Shown piece after piece: positions 47,185 to 57,957 of a DNA stretch of 61,964 nt. The position numbers and the translations under genes are program-made. Source of the stretch: an uncultured Draconibacterium sp. (GTDB taxonomy: Bacteria; Bacteroidota; Bacteroidia; Bacteroidales; FEN-979); contig CAYHGE010000010.1 of NCBI GenBank assembly GCA_964355945.1, positions 1-61,964 of the forward strand, given 5' to 3'. Numbering within the stretch: position 1 is the stretch's first letter; each line of letters begins with the position of its first letter. The notes beneath the pieces were generated by a model. That model saw nothing but the letters and a program-made list of their open reading frames with translations. It was not told the DNA's origin and ran no database searches.

Positions 47185-48435
47185 GTGGAATTAAGGCGAG
47201 TTGTAGTAACTGGTCTTGGAGCGCTTACACCAATCGGGAATTCCGTGGATACCTTCTGGAATAACCTGATTGCTGGTGTGTGCGGTGCAGGGCCTATCAC
47301 CCGTTTCGATGTTTCCAAATTCAAAACCAAGTTTGCCTGCGAATTGAAGGATTTCAATGCAGACGATTTCTTCGACCGGAAAGAGGTGAGGAAGTTTGAC
47401 CGCTGCTCGCAATATGGTGTCGTGTGTGCTGACCAGGCTGTGCAGGACGCTGGATTTGACATGGCCGTACTCGACCCAGACAGGGTCGGTGTAATATGGG
47501 CTTCCGGCATTGGCGGACTTGAGACCTTTGCAACCGAAGTAACGGCATTTGCACTCGGTGACGGAACGCCTCGTTTTAACCCGTTCTTCATCCCAAAGAT
47601 GATCTCCGACATCACGGCAGGCCATATTTCGATGAAATATGGCTTCCATGGACCCAATTTTGCAACCGTTTCTGCCTGCGCATCTTCTGCCAACGCGTTG
47701 GTTGATGCGTTCAACTATATCCGCCTCGGAAAAGCGGATGTTTTTGTTGCAGGCGGTTCCGAAGCTGCCATCACCATGGTCGGTGTGGGTGGTTTCAACG
47801 CCATGCACGCGCTTTCAGTCAGAAATGATGATCCTGCAACCGCTTCGAGGCCATTTGATAAGGATCGCGATGGATTTGTAATGGGTGAAGGTGCAGGTGC
47901 TTTGATTTTCGAAGAACTCGGACATGCCCTGGCCCGTGGCGCAAAAATTTATGGAGAGATCATCGGCGGCGGCTTATCCGCTGACGCCTATCATATTACG
48001 TCACCTCATCCCGATGGATTGGGTGCCATTTTATCCATGCGTACTGCCCTGGCCGATGCAGGAATTTCAAAAGAGTCTATTGACCACATCAATACACATG
48101 GAACTTCCACTCCGGCCGGCGATATAGCAGAACCCAAAGCTATCGTGAGCTTGTTTGGCGACCATGCTAAAACTGTCAATATTAACTCAACCAAGTCAAT
48201 GACAGGTCACCTGCTGGGAGCAGCCGGTGCAATTGAATCCATTGCAACATTGCTTGCTGTGAAGCATGACATCATTCCGCCTACCATTAATCACTTCACC
48301 GATGATCCGGAAATTGCCCCGCTGAACTTTACGTTTGGCAAAGCACAAAAACGGACAGTGAATTACGCACTAAGCAATACTTTTGGTTTTGGTGGCCACA
48401 ATGCCTCCGTTATCTTCACAAAATTTAAGGAATAG
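47185..48435 (+). CDS. fabF: 3-oxoacyl-ACP synthase II
   Basis: SACAS, HGTST, STKSMTGHLLGA, NTFGFGG. Confidence 0.96.
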   Translation: MELRRVVVTGLGALTPIGNSVDTFWNNLIAGVCGAGPITRFDVSKFKTKFACELKDFNADDFFDRKEVRKFDRCSQYGVVCADQAVQDAGFDMAVLDPDRVGVIWASGIGGLETFATEVTAFALGDGTPRFNPFFIPKMISDITAGHISMKYGFHGPNFATVSACASSANALVDAFNYIRLGKADVFVAGGSEAAITMVGVGGFNAMHALSVRNDDPATASRPFDKDRDGFVMGEGAGALIFEELGHALARGAKIYGEIIGGGLSADAYHITSPHPDGLGAILSMRTALADAGISKESIDHINTHGTSTPAGDIAEPKAIVSLFGDHAKTVNINSTKSMTGHLLGAAGAIESIATLLAVKHDIIPPTINHFTDDPEIAPLNFTFGKAQKRTVNYALSNTFGFGGHNASVIFTKFKE

Positions 48436-48441
48436 TCAGCT

Positions 48442-49182
48442 TTGTGGTTTAGACCCTCTCAACCGGCGGGTGCTGAGTTTTCATCCGATAAAGAAGTTAA
48501 GCAGGCGATAAAGAGCATGCTGGGATATAAACCCGGAAATATCCGTTTATACCATCTTGCCTTTTTACACAAATCGGCAACCCAGGAAACAAATAGCGGC
48601 ATCAGGATCAACAACGAACGCCTGGAGTTTCTTGGTGATGCCATCCTTGATGCCGTTGCTGCCGACTATCTTTTTAAAACTTTCCCTACACGGGATGAAG
48701 GTTTTCTTACCGAAATGCGGTCAAAAATTGTCAGCCGGGTAATGCTGAACAAACTGGCTCAAAAGATGGGAATCGACTTGCTCATCCAGCTCGACGGCTC
48801 CTCTTCCGCTGCCTTCAGATCATGTAAAGGGGATGCATTTGAGGCCCTGATCGGAGCCATCTATCTTGACAAAGGATACGATTTTACACGAAAAATCATT
48901 CTCGACCGCATCATCGGCCGCTATTTTGACATGGACGACCTGGTAAACCAGGAGGTGAATTTCAAAAGCAAAATCATTGAATGGACCCAACGGGAAAAAA
49001 AGCAGGCCCGGTTTAATGTGGTCAATGAAATAGGGACCGGCTTTAAAAAACAATATGTAGTTGAATTACTGATTGATGATGAGCCAATTGCCCGCGGACA
49101 AGATTATTCCATCAAAGGAGCGGAGCAGAATGCAGCCGAAAAATCATGGCTAAAAATAAATGCAGAAACTATTGACCTTTGA
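48442..49182 (+). CDS. rnc: Ribonuclease III
   Basis: NERLEFLGDA, DAFEALIGAIYLD, C-terminal dsRBD. Confidence 0.95.
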   Translation: MWFRPSQPAGAEFSSDKEVKQAIKSMLGYKPGNIRLYHLAFLHKSATQETNSGIRINNERLEFLGDAILDAVAADYLFKTFPTRDEGFLTEMRSKIVSRVMLNKLAQKMGIDLLIQLDGSSSAAFRSCKGDAFEALIGAIYLDKGYDFTRKIILDRIIGRYFDMDDLVNQEVNFKSKIIEWTQREKKQARFNVVNEIGTGFKKQYVVELLIDDEPIARGQDYSIKGAEQNAAEKSWLKINAETIDL

Positions 49183-49228
49183 CCTTGAATTGGCTATCTT
49201 TGTTATGAATTAGTAAAGTGCCTTTCTC

Positions 49229-49690
49229 ATGGCCAAAAAAATATTTCTTGAATCAAGGTCACAACCTTCCCTTTTTACCATTTTCGGCATCTCATGCCAT
49301 TTAAAGGATTTCAGACTCTCCTTCCTTCTGAATAAAATGCTGGAACTGGAATTTGCCAAAATGGAAGACTTTAAAAGTTACTCCTTCTATTTCTGCCGTG
49401 ACGAGGATCACTATAACGGATATTATTTATTGGGAAACCGTGGGCCGGATTCAATTCTGCTGCCTGAACTTAAGCAAACGGATTTTATCCTGCTCATCGA
49501 AGGACCGTTTAAAAAAATTCAGAAAGAACAGCTGCTGATAAAAATCAGGGAAATTCAAAATGTGCTCACTGCATTTGAAGTACGCTTTGAAACCATCAAA
49601 AATTACGAGACATTATTCGCCGATCTTGAGCTTCACTTCATGAAAATCCTGAAGGAGGCAAAAATCAAATACTCACCCTTAAAAAAATAG
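49229..49690 (+). CDS. IPExxxVDY family protein
   Basis: GISCHLKDFRL.FLLN, LLPELKQTDF; follows rnc. Confidence 0.82.
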   Translation: MAKKIFLESRSQPSLFTIFGISCHLKDFRLSFLLNKMLELEFAKMEDFKSYSFYFCRDEDHYNGYYLLGNRGPDSILLPELKQTDFILLIEGPFKKIQKEQLLIKIREIQNVLTAFEVRFETIKNYETLFADLELHFMKILKEAKIKYSPLKK

Positions 49691-49701
49691 GAGATACTAC
49701 C

Positions 49702-50052
49702 ATGTTCGAGGATTTAAAAAAATCAATTGACAAAGGTCTGGATTTCGCATTTATGAATGCTGAAAAGCTGGCCCAGTCGGCAAAAGATCTTGCCAAGGAA
49801 AACAAGTTGAACAAAGAAGAGGCAAAAAAACTATATGATTACCTGGTCGCCAAATCAGAGGATGCAAAAAAAATCGTGGAAGATGATCTTCAGTTGCTCG
49901 TGAGGGCCACCCTTAAAAAGATGAACATTCCCTCCAAAGAGGAGATGAAAAAACTTGAAGAACGGATAAAAAAACTTGAGGGAGCAAAAAAAGCTTCGGC
50001 AAAAGCTAAACCTGCCCCAAAAGTGGCTAAAAAGCCGAAGCCGGGCAAATAA
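49702..50052 (+). CDS. Phasin-like coiled-coil protein with Lys/Ala-rich tail
   Basis: IPSKEEMKKLEERIKKLE; directly upstream of an ABC1 kinase. Confidence 0.7.
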   Translation: MFEDLKKSIDKGLDFAFMNAEKLAQSAKDLAKENKLNKEEAKKLYDYLVAKSEDAKKIVEDDLQLLVRATLKKMNIPSKEEMKKLEERIKKLEGAKKASAKAKPAPKVAKKPKPGK

Positions 50053-50073
50053 ACCACCAAAAAATAGTGAATC

Positions 50074-51723
50074 GTGAGAATGTCTGGGATTGGCTTGGCA
50101 GTTCATGAGTTGGGACGTGCACGCGAGATTATTGGCATTGTTGTCAAATATGGACTGAGCGAATGGGTCACAAATTCTGGATTGGGCAAGTTCTTTGTTT
50201 CAAAAAAGCGCCTGGCCCGAATTGAGCGGTACAATCAATGGGAACGGATCCGGATGGCTGTTGAGGAGTTGGGTCCTACCTTCATCAAATTCGGTCAGAT
50301 CCTTGCCGACCGGCCTGATATTGTCCCTGAAGAGTTGCGTGAACAGTTGAGAAAACTTCAGGATGAAGCCCAGCCCATGCCTGATGATCTGGCGATCAGG
50401 GAAATTGAGAAGGAACTTGGCCGGCCGGTGGGAGAACTTTTCCGGGAATTTGATACCAGCAGGCTTGCCTCTGCTTCCATGGCCCAAACCTACCGTGCTG
50501 TTTTGCTGAATGGGGAGGAGGTTTGTGTCAAGATTCAGCGACCCGGGATCGATAAAAAAATCGAACTCGACCTGAACCTGATGAATTTCTTTGCAGCAAG
50601 GATGCAACGACATAACCCGGAAATGGAGGCCATCAACCTTACCGGAGTAATCAGGGAATTCGGAAAGACGATAAAAAAGGAACTCGATTTTCATCATGAG
50701 GCAGCAAATATTGTCAGGTTCAACCATTGTTTTGCTGGAGATACCGACATCAAGGTTCCAAAGGTATATGCGCAATATACCACAAAACGAATGCTGATAG
50801 AGGAGTTTATCAGAGGAACAAAGGTGAGCAACCTTGAAAATTTACTTGAACTGGGTTACGACCTTAAAGTGCTGGCCCGCAAGGCTATAAGACTTGTTTT
50901 TGATCAGATATTTACCCATGGCTTTTTTCATGCCGATCCCCATCCGGGAAATATATTTGTTGTGAAAGGTGAAATAATATCCTTCATCGATTTCGGCATG
51001 ATGGGCTCCCTGCGGCCGGAACATCTTCAGTTTCTAGGTAAATATGTTATTGGATACATTGACCGCGATCCGCATGCAATGGCTGAGGCATTATTGATGG
51101 TTTCCGGAACCCATAATTTTGCCCGGCTCAGGGACCTTGAATTTCAGATTGGCGACATGCTTGCGCATTACAAACATCTCAGCATCGATGAGATGGATTT
51201 CGGCAAAGTCATGAATGAATCGGTTGATATCCTGATTCATTTTGGTCTGCGTATCCCGGCGGGCATTTATCTCCTTGTTAAAGCCCTCATGGCTATTGAA
51301 CGTGTCGCAGTGGTGCTTTTTCCCGGAATCGATTTTGCACATGAGATGCAACCTTATGCTATCGAACTCATTGCCCGCCAATATGATCCCAAGCGGATTG
51401 CCTCCGAAGTCTTTGATTCGCTGAAAGAGTACTATAAACTGCTGAAGGAATTACCGGCCGACCTGAATGAGATTATCTATAAAATCAAGGAAGGACGGTT
51501 TAAGACACAGATAGAGGTCAGGGGGCTGGAACCCCTTTCTGAACACCTCGACATCTCAAGTACGCGCGTTTCCATTGCCATTGTCCTGGCTGCACTGATT
51601 ATCGGGGCTTCGATCATCTCACAATGGGAACAAACACGATGGATCGGCGCCATCGTGTTCTGTATCGCAGGTTTATTCGGATTCTGGCTGCTGGTGAAAT
51701 TGTTCCGGCATAATAAATTGTAG
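50074..51723 (+). CDS. AarF/UbiB (ABC1) atypical kinase family protein
   Basis: LGPTFIKFGQ, ASASMAQ, VKIQRP, HADPHPGN, IDFGM; C-terminal TM helices. Confidence 0.92.
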   Translation: MRMSGIGLAVHELGRAREIIGIVVKYGLSEWVTNSGLGKFFVSKKRLARIERYNQWERIRMAVEELGPTFIKFGQILADRPDIVPEELREQLRKLQDEAQPMPDDLAIREIEKELGRPVGELFREFDTSRLASASMAQTYRAVLLNGEEVCVKIQRPGIDKKIELDLNLMNFFAARMQRHNPEMEAINLTGVIREFGKTIKKELDFHHEAANIVRFNHCFAGDTDIKVPKVYAQYTTKRMLIEEFIRGTKVSNLENLLELGYDLKVLARKAIRLVFDQIFTHGFFHADPHPGNIFVVKGEIISFIDFGMMGSLRPEHLQFLGKYVIGYIDRDPHAMAEALLMVSGTHNFARLRDLEFQIGDMLAHYKHLSIDEMDFGKVMNESVDILIHFGLRIPAGIYLLVKALMAIERVAVVLFPGIDFAHEMQPYAIELIARQYDPKRIASEVFDSLKEYYKLLKELPADLNEIIYKIKEGRFKTQIEVRGLEPLSEHLDISSTRVSIAIVLAALIIGASIISQWEQTRWIGAIVFCIAGLFGFWLLVKLFRHNKL

Positions 51724-51771
51724 AGACGCCCCATGGGGCGTCTCTACCTAAAACGCCCATGGGGCGTCTAC
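51720..51771. repeat. REP plus partial duplicate between convergent ABC1 kinase and pheS genes
   Basis: GTAGAGACGCCCCATGGGGCGTCTCTAC (51720-51747), then ctaaaacgcccatggggcgtctac. Confidence 0.8.
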
Positions 51772-52794
51772 CTAAAACGCCCCGGTAAATTGCCGTAAAA
51801 ACCGTACGTCATTTTCAAAAAACAACCGCAGGTCTTTAATCTGGTATTTCAGCATGGTGATTCGTTCGATACCCATCCCAAATGCAAATCCGGTGTAAGT
51901 CTGACTGTCGATGCCACAATTTTCAAGAGCATTCGGATCCACCATCCCGCATCCCAGAATCTCAACCCATCCGGTATATTTGCAGATATTGCACCCGACT
52001 CCGCCACAAATGTTGCAGCTTACATCCATTTCACCGGATGGTTCTGTAAACGGGAAATAGGATGGTCGCAACCTGATCTTTGTATTTTCGCCGAACATCT
52101 CTTTGGCAAAGTACATTAGTGTCTGCTTCAGGTCGGCAAAAGAGACATGCCTGTCGATGTACAAGCCTTCAACCTGGTGAAAAATGCAATGGGCACGCGC
52201 AGAAATGGCTTCATTTCTGAAAACCCGGCCGGGAAAGACCATCCTGATAGGTGGTTTGGTCGTTTCCATCGTCCTGATCTGCACGGATGAAGTATGCGTC
52301 CGTAAAAGGATGTCGGGATTTGTGGCAATGAAAAACGTATCCTGCATATCCCTTGCAGGATGATCAGCGGTGAAGTTGAGTGCGGAAAAATTGTGCCAGT
52401 CATCTTCAATCTCAGGCCCGTCAGCCACTGTAAAGCCAATCCTGCCAAAGATTTCATTGATCTGATTTCGTACGATTGAAAGTGGATGCCTCGACCCATA
52501 TTGAAGGCTGGCAGCCGGACGAGAAAGATCAAGGTTTGCCGATAAAGAGATTTCCTCCTCCTTAAATCCCGATTTTAACTCATCGATCTTCTGGCTGGCT
52601 TTGTTTTTCAGGTCGTTAAGCAATTGGCCGACTTCACGCTTCCTGTCGTTGGCAACAGTTTTGAAATCGTCAAAGAGCACTGACACCAATCCTTTTTTAC
52701 TGAGATACTTCAGCCTCAACTGCTCTACCTCATCAAGGTTTGCAGCTTTCAACAACTCAATTTCCTCAATCAGCTTATCAATACGTTCTTTCAT
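51772..52794 (-). CDS. pheS: Phenylalanine-tRNA ligase alpha subunit
   Basis: HPARDMQDTF, LLRTHTSSVQ, FHQVEG, YFPFTEPS, GMGIER. Confidence 0.97.
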   Translation of the reverse strand: MKERIDKLIEEIELLKAANLDEVEQLRLKYLSKKGLVSVLFDDFKTVANDRKREVGQLLNDLKNKASQKIDELKSGFKEEEISLSANLDLSRPAASLQYGSRHPLSIVRNQINEIFGRIGFTVADGPEIEDDWHNFSALNFTADHPARDMQDTFFIATNPDILLRTHTSSVQIRTMETTKPPIRMVFPGRVFRNEAISARAHCIFHQVEGLYIDRHVSFADLKQTLMYFAKEMFGENTKIRLRPSYFPFTEPSGEMDVSCNICGGVGCNICKYTGWVEILGCGMVDPNALENCGIDSQTYTGFAFGMGIERITMLKYQIKDLRLFFENDVRFLRQFTGAF

Positions 52795-52833
52795 TATATT
52801 TCCTCTCTCCTGTCACGCGTCACGCGTCACGGA

Positions 52834-53418
52834 TTATTCAACAATCTTAATCGTCATCTTCACATCTTTGGAAGGACGGTCGGATGCACCCTTTTCAACA
52901 GCAGCGATCTTGTCTATAACGGTCAACCCATCAGTAATCTGGCCGAAAACAGTATAATCATTATCTAGAAAATGGGCTCCGTTTTCCGGGTGAACAATAT
53001 AAAACTGGGAGCCGGATGAAGCTTTCTGAGGATTTGACGGTCCGCCTGTTCTTGCAGCTGCAAGAGCTCCCCTGTTATGCTTGAGTGAAGGGACGAACTC
53101 AGCAGGAACGGTATAACCCGGACCACCCATACCCAATGGTTGACCGGGTTTTGCATTTTTCGAGTCGGGATCGCCGCCCTGGATCATAAAATCTTTGATG
53201 ACCCGGTGAAACAACAAACCATCGTAATAGCCTGCCTTGACCAGTTTTACAAAATTGTCGCGATGCTTGGGGGTTTCGTTATATAGCATGCCTGTCATGT
53301 CACCATAATCGGTGTGAATTACAAATTTTACCACTTTTTCGTTGGTTTTAGTTTGAGAAATAGATGAAAGATTTAACACAAATACAAGTGCCAGAATGGC
53401 GAAAATGATTCTTTTCAT
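52834..53418 (-). CDS. Cyclophilin-type peptidyl-prolyl isomerase (exported)
   Basis: FHRVIKDFMIQGGDP, SGSQFYI, YTVFG; signal peptide. Confidence 0.94.
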   Translation of the reverse strand: MKRIIFAILALVFVLNLSSISQTKTNEKVVKFVIHTDYGDMTGMLYNETPKHRDNFVKLVKAGYYDGLLFHRVIKDFMIQGGDPDSKNAKPGQPLGMGGPGYTVPAEFVPSLKHNRGALAAARTGGPSNPQKASSGSQFYIVHPENGAHFLDNDYTVFGQITDGLTVIDKIAAVEKGASDRPSKDVKMTIKIVE

Positions 53419-53526
53419 AGTTTGGTTTTTTGGTTAGCAAAAATACAAAAAATTGACATCAACAAGGTTGATCGAAGTTGAAGTTTTTAATAGGCAACTT
53501 CAATATAATTCCTGAATTACTGCTTT

Positions 53527-54102
53527 TCAGGTAGTTGTTTTTTCAACATAACATCTTCTGCACAGTGGCTCATACGAATCCATCTCCCCCAGCATGACCA
53601 GGTGATCGTCCTGCACCATCCGATGGGTATAGTGCGCCAGGTCGCCGCAGTTCATGCAAATAGCGTGCACTTTGGTAACATCTTCGGCAACCGCAATCAA
53701 CGCAGGCATCGGACCGAATGGCTTTCCGAGATAATCCATGTCGAGGCCGGCAATGATCACACGGATGCCACTGTTGGCAAGCTGATTGCAAACAGACGGC
53801 AATTCGCTGTCAAAAAACTGAGCCTCATCAATGCCAACCACATTTACATCATTGGTGAGCAACAGTATTTGAGAGGCCGATTGCACGGGGGTCGACATGA
53901 TGGCATTTTCATCATGTGAAACCACCTGAATGTCATCGTAGCGCTTGTCAATCTCGGGCTTGAAAATCTCCACTTTCTGCCGTGCGATCTTGGCCCTTTT
54001 CAGTCGACGGATCAGCTCTTCAGTTTTTCCTGAAAACATTGAACCACAGATCACTTCGATCCAGCCCAGACGATTTAAGGGATTATTTTTTTCAATATGC
54101 AT
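53527..54102 (-). CDS. tdk: Thymidine kinase
   Basis: [21 protein letters not shown], Zn Cys motifs. Confidence 0.96.
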   Translation of the reverse strand: MHIEKNNPLNRLGWIEVICGSMFSGKTEELIRRLKRAKIARQKVEIFKPEIDKRYDDIQVVSHDENAIMSTPVQSASQILLLTNDVNVVGIDEAQFFDSELPSVCNQLANSGIRVIIAGLDMDYLGKPFGPMPALIAVAEDVTKVHAICMNCGDLAHYTHRMVQDDHLVMLGEMDSYEPLCRRCYVEKTTT

Positions 54103-54231
54103 TCAGGAGGCTAATATTTTGTATTTTTATAGCTGAATTTGTTGCAAAAGTAAGCTTTTCTGGGTATTTCACAAACTCAATCAGATGGACCGGTTGTAAA
54201 TCAAACTTGAAGTATCCGCCAACCAGGGAAA

Positions 54232-54933
54232 ATGAAAATCATGAATAAAGAGATCATTAAGGATGAGATAAAATGGCTGCTTGAAGCCATCAATGAGCAA
54301 TTTGAGGCCATCCACCGCCACGGTGAAAAAATCCCGCAAATTGAATTTGATATCCTGATGGATAATGTTCGAAAATTTTATGAAAACATGAACTTGCTGC
54401 AGCGGTCGAACGACTCCTCTCTCCATCCGGAGCGTAAGATTGTATCGCAGGATAATCCTTTGACTGAATCAGTCGCTGTAATGCCTGAAGTTCGCCACGA
54501 AACTGCCTCCTTGCCTGTGCAGCAGGATAAGGTGCAGTTCAGGCCGGCAACTCCCGCCCCGGTTAGACAGGAAGCAAATATCGCATCTAAAAAACCGACC
54601 AGACCTCAGGAAATAGACCTGTTTGCCTCCGATGAACCTGCTTTCAGCATCAAGCTTAAAGAAGCACGAGAGAAATCGCTGGGACCAAAAATCCCGTCTG
54701 AAAGAATCGACAACCTCAAAACAGCCATTACCATCAACGAAAAGTTTATGTTTATCAACGAACTTTTTGATGGCAATCTGCGCGAATACAATGAGACAAT
54801 TGAAACACTGAATGGTTTCAAAACACTTGATCAGGCTGCCGATTATCTCGACCTGATGCGCAAAAAGAACTTCTGGAACACGGGCTCCAACGCATTTAAA
54901 AAACTAACGGAACTGGTGGAACGCCGGTTTTAA
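54232..54933 (+). CDS. Hypothetical protein
   Basis: C-terminal AITINEKFMFINELFDG..LVERRF segment resembling conserved Bacteroidota proteins. Confidence 0.75.
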   Translation: MKIMNKEIIKDEIKWLLEAINEQFEAIHRHGEKIPQIEFDILMDNVRKFYENMNLLQRSNDSSLHPERKIVSQDNPLTESVAVMPEVRHETASLPVQQDKVQFRPATPAPVRQEANIASKKPTRPQEIDLFASDEPAFSIKLKEAREKSLGPKIPSERIDNLKTAITINEKFMFINELFDGNLREYNETIETLNGFKTLDQAADYLDLMRKKNFWNTGSNAFKKLTELVERRF

Positions 54934-54935
54934 CC

Positions 54936-57830
54936 ATGAAAAAAATCCTTAAGATATCAGGAGTGATCCTTGTCGCCATCCTGCTTGTCCTTGTTTTTAC
55001 TCCCTTTCTATTCCAGGACAGGATCAGGCAGGAGGTTAAAAATCTGGCCAACCGTACACTGAAAAGCGAGCTGAATTTTTCAGAGATGAACCTCTCTTTT
55101 TTCAGCCATTTCCCAAATCTCAGCCTCACTCTGACCGATTTTTCCATTAAATCCTCACCGCCATTTGACAGGGATACATTGATAAGTGCAAAAGAAATTG
55201 CCTTCGGGGTCGACGTGAAAAGCCTGTTTGGCAAAACCATCAGGATTACACGGATCTATTTTAACAAGGCGAATATTAACATAAGATATAACGATAAAGG
55301 TGCTGCCAATTATGACATTTATCAGTCAAAAGATTCAGCATCAGTTGCACAGGATACTACATCCTCTTCCGGAGCAGCGTTGAATATTGAACATATTGTT
55401 TTTAAAAACTGCCGGCTTGTCTATGCAGACCCGTCAATCCCGTTGGAGGTGATTGCAAAAGGCATAAACTATTCCGGAACCAGCAGCATCACCAGCGACT
55501 TCTTCAATCTTACCTCAGAGGTGAAGATCGATTCACTTGACGTGATATATGATCACAGGAAATATATTGATGCGAAGCCGGTTACCGCAACATTGAACAC
55601 AAAAATCAACAGCAGGGACTTATCTGTCAATTTCGAGAAAAACGACCTTAAAATCAAGGATATCCCTTTGCAGTTTACAGGTAAGTTTAACTTTGAAAAA
55701 AACGGGTACCAGGTCAATCTGAACTTCTTGTCGGTAATGGAGAAGGAGTTTCTCAGCGCCCGTTTCAAAATCAGGCAATCGGAAACACTATGGATTTTTG
55801 CCAAAGTCAATGCAAGTGTTGACCTGGCGAAATGGTCGAAAGCCTTAGATGTTCAGAATGTTGCATTAAGGGGGCTCTATGAACTCAACCTCAACGCCGA
55901 AGGATCATACCTCACAGGGCCGGTTAAAAAAGGTTTCCGGAATGAAGCTGACACGGTCATCATCAGTATTCCGAAATTTGACCTGATGACAAAGCTGACC
56001 GGAGGGTATCTGAAGTATTCCGGTTTGCCTCAATCACTCAACGATATAAATTTTTCGCTCAACGCATCATGCCCTGATAACAACTACCAGAATATCAATG
56101 TTCAGCTGGAAAACCTTCATGCAAAGTTCCTGAAGAATGAGATTAAGGGATTTTTCAGGATGAAAAACCTGAAAGATTTCCCTGTTGAAGCAAGCCTGCT
56201 GGGAAGTTGCAACCTGGCAGAACTTAAAGATGTCGTCCCGGTCGATAGCCTTACCCTTGCCGGGATTCTGTATATGGACATAAAGGTAAACGGGAACTAC
56301 GCTCCGGAAAAAAAGATGTTTCCGGTTACTACAGCACTCATCAGCTTGCATGACGGAATTGTGCAGACAAAATACTATCCTCAACCGCTGGAGAAAATGG
56401 AGATGGTTGCGGAAATTAAAAATAATACCGGAACCATGAAAGGGATGGTCGTCAACGTGAAACCAATTGCGTTTATGTTTGAAGGCAAGCCTTTTACAAT
56501 CACCGCTGCATTGGAAAATTTTGATGACCTGCACTACAACGTGCAGTCAAAAGGGGTGATCGACCTTGGCAAAGTTTACAAAGTCTTTTCACAGAAAGGG
56601 CTTGAACTTGACGGATACATTGAAACCGACCTCTCACTTCAGGGAAAGCAGAGCGATGCCACATCGGGCCGCTATGCAAGCCTGAAGAACAGTGGTACAC
56701 TGAAATTGCGAAATATCGCAGCCACCTCTGCAGATTATCCGAAACCATTCATCATTAAATCCGGGGATTTCAGGTTTGACCAGGATAAAATATGGTTTGA
56801 TAACTTTCTGGCTACCTATGGTGTGTCAGATTTCCGACTGAAAGGCTTCATGAAGAACACAATTAACTATGCCCTGTCGCAGGGAGGAACCCTCACCGGC
56901 GATTTTCAGCTGAACTCCGATCTCATCAATGTCGATGAATTTATGGCATTCGCACCTGCCGGCACCGCTCCGGCCGTTGCATCTCCGGTGGAGACGGGGG
57001 TTGTCATCATTCCCCGCGATCTCGACATCAATTTCAAAGCCGAAGTAAAGAAAACAACCTTCCAGGGACTTGAGATCAAAGACCTGCATGGAGAAATCGA
57101 CCTGAAGGAGGGCATCCTGGTACTCAGTGATGCTGCATTGAACCTGATTGACTGCAAGGTAGCCATGGACGCCACTTATGGCAGTGTGACACCCGCTAAA
57201 GGGTTCTTTGACTTTCACATCAAAGCCGATGATTTTGACATTAAAAGGGCGTACAACGAAATTGCCATGATCCGTGAAATGGCTCCCTCTGCAGGAAAAG
57301 CAGAAGGGATCGTCTCAATGGACTACAGTGTCAAAGGGTTGCTCGATGCCAGCATGTTCCCGGTGTTGCCTTCTCTGGCAGGAGGCGGACTTTTCTCCAT
57401 AAAAAAAGTCAAAGTCTATGGACTCAAACTCTTCAACGACATCAGTAAAGGAACGCAGAAAGAGGGGATCAGCAATCCCGATATGTCGAAGGTTGATATC
57501 AAATCAACCATCAAAAACAACACGGTTACCCTCGAGCAATTCAAGTTTAAAGTGAAGGGCATCAGGGTGAGAATTTCGGGTACGACCACATTCGACAGCA
57601 AGTTGAATATGAAAATCAGGCTTGGCATGGGCCCCATGGGAATCATCGGGATTCCTATGAAGATTACCGGAACCGCGGACACCCCGGTAATTAAATATGG
57701 CAAGGGTAAGGATTCGGATGACCTTAAAGAATCTGATTACACCGATGAACTGCCAAAGGAGATGCTCGACCGGATAAAAAATGCAAAGGAGGATGCAGGA
57801 GATGAAGATCCTGAACCCGGAAATAAGTAA
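54936..57830 (+). CDS. AsmA family protein
   Basis: N-terminal anchor, SFFSHFPNLSL, repeated beta-groove segments. Confidence 0.88.
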   Translation: MKKILKISGVILVAILLVLVFTPFLFQDRIRQEVKNLANRTLKSELNFSEMNLSFFSHFPNLSLTLTDFSIKSSPPFDRDTLISAKEIAFGVDVKSLFGKTIRITRIYFNKANINIRYNDKGAANYDIYQSKDSASVAQDTTSSSGAALNIEHIVFKNCRLVYADPSIPLEVIAKGINYSGTSSITSDFFNLTSEVKIDSLDVIYDHRKYIDAKPVTATLNTKINSRDLSVNFEKNDLKIKDIPLQFTGKFNFEKNGYQVNLNFLSVMEKEFLSARFKIRQSETLWIFAKVNASVDLAKWSKALDVQNVALRGLYELNLNAEGSYLTGPVKKGFRNEADTVIISIPKFDLMTKLTGGYLKYSGLPQSLNDINFSLNASCPDNNYQNINVQLENLHAKFLKNEIKGFFRMKNLKDFPVEASLLGSCNLAELKDVVPVDSLTLAGILYMDIKVNGNYAPEKKMFPVTTALISLHDGIVQTKYYPQPLEKMEMVAEIKNNTGTMKGMVVNVKPIAFMFEGKPFTITAALENFDDLHYNVQSKGVIDLGKVYKVFSQKGLELDGYIETDLSLQGKQSDATSGRYASLKNSGTLKLRNIAATSADYPKPFIIKSGDFRFDQDKIWFDNFLATYGVSDFRLKGFMKNTINYALSQGGTLTGDFQLNSDLINVDEFMAFAPAGTAPAVASPVETGVVIIPRDLDINFKAEVKKTTFQGLEIKDLHGEIDLKEGILVLSDAALNLIDCKVAMDATYGSVTPAKGFFDFHIKADDFDIKRAYNEIAMIREMAPSAGKAEGIVSMDYSVKGLLDASMFPVLPSLAGGGLFSIKKVKVYGLKLFNDISKGTQKEGISNPDMSKVDIKSTIKNNTVTLEQFKFKVKGIRVRISGTTTFDSKLNMKIRLGMGPMGIIGIPMKITGTADTPVIKYGKGKDSDDLKESDYTDELPKEMLDRIKNAKEDAGDEDPEPGNK

Positions 57831-57880
57831 GATTGAATTTTGGTATCTTTAATATTGACGGCAATGCTTTCATGGATATA

Positions 57881-57932
57881 ACACGTGTCTTATTGTGTTA
57901 ATTTGCACGTGTTGATTATTTGTTTACATTTG
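57881..57932 (+). promoter_or_regulatory. Two CACGTG palindromes plus -7 box, probable TA autorepression operator
   Basis: ACACGTGT 57881, GCACGTGT 57905, TACATTTG 57925. Confidence 0.5.
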
Positions 57933-57957
57933 CTTTTCTATTCAATATAGCGTCACC

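Noticed and set aside
50074-51723. ubiB as evidence of ubiquinone synthesis
   Set aside because: ABC1 kinases are widespread outside ubiquinone producers, and no ubi genes are present
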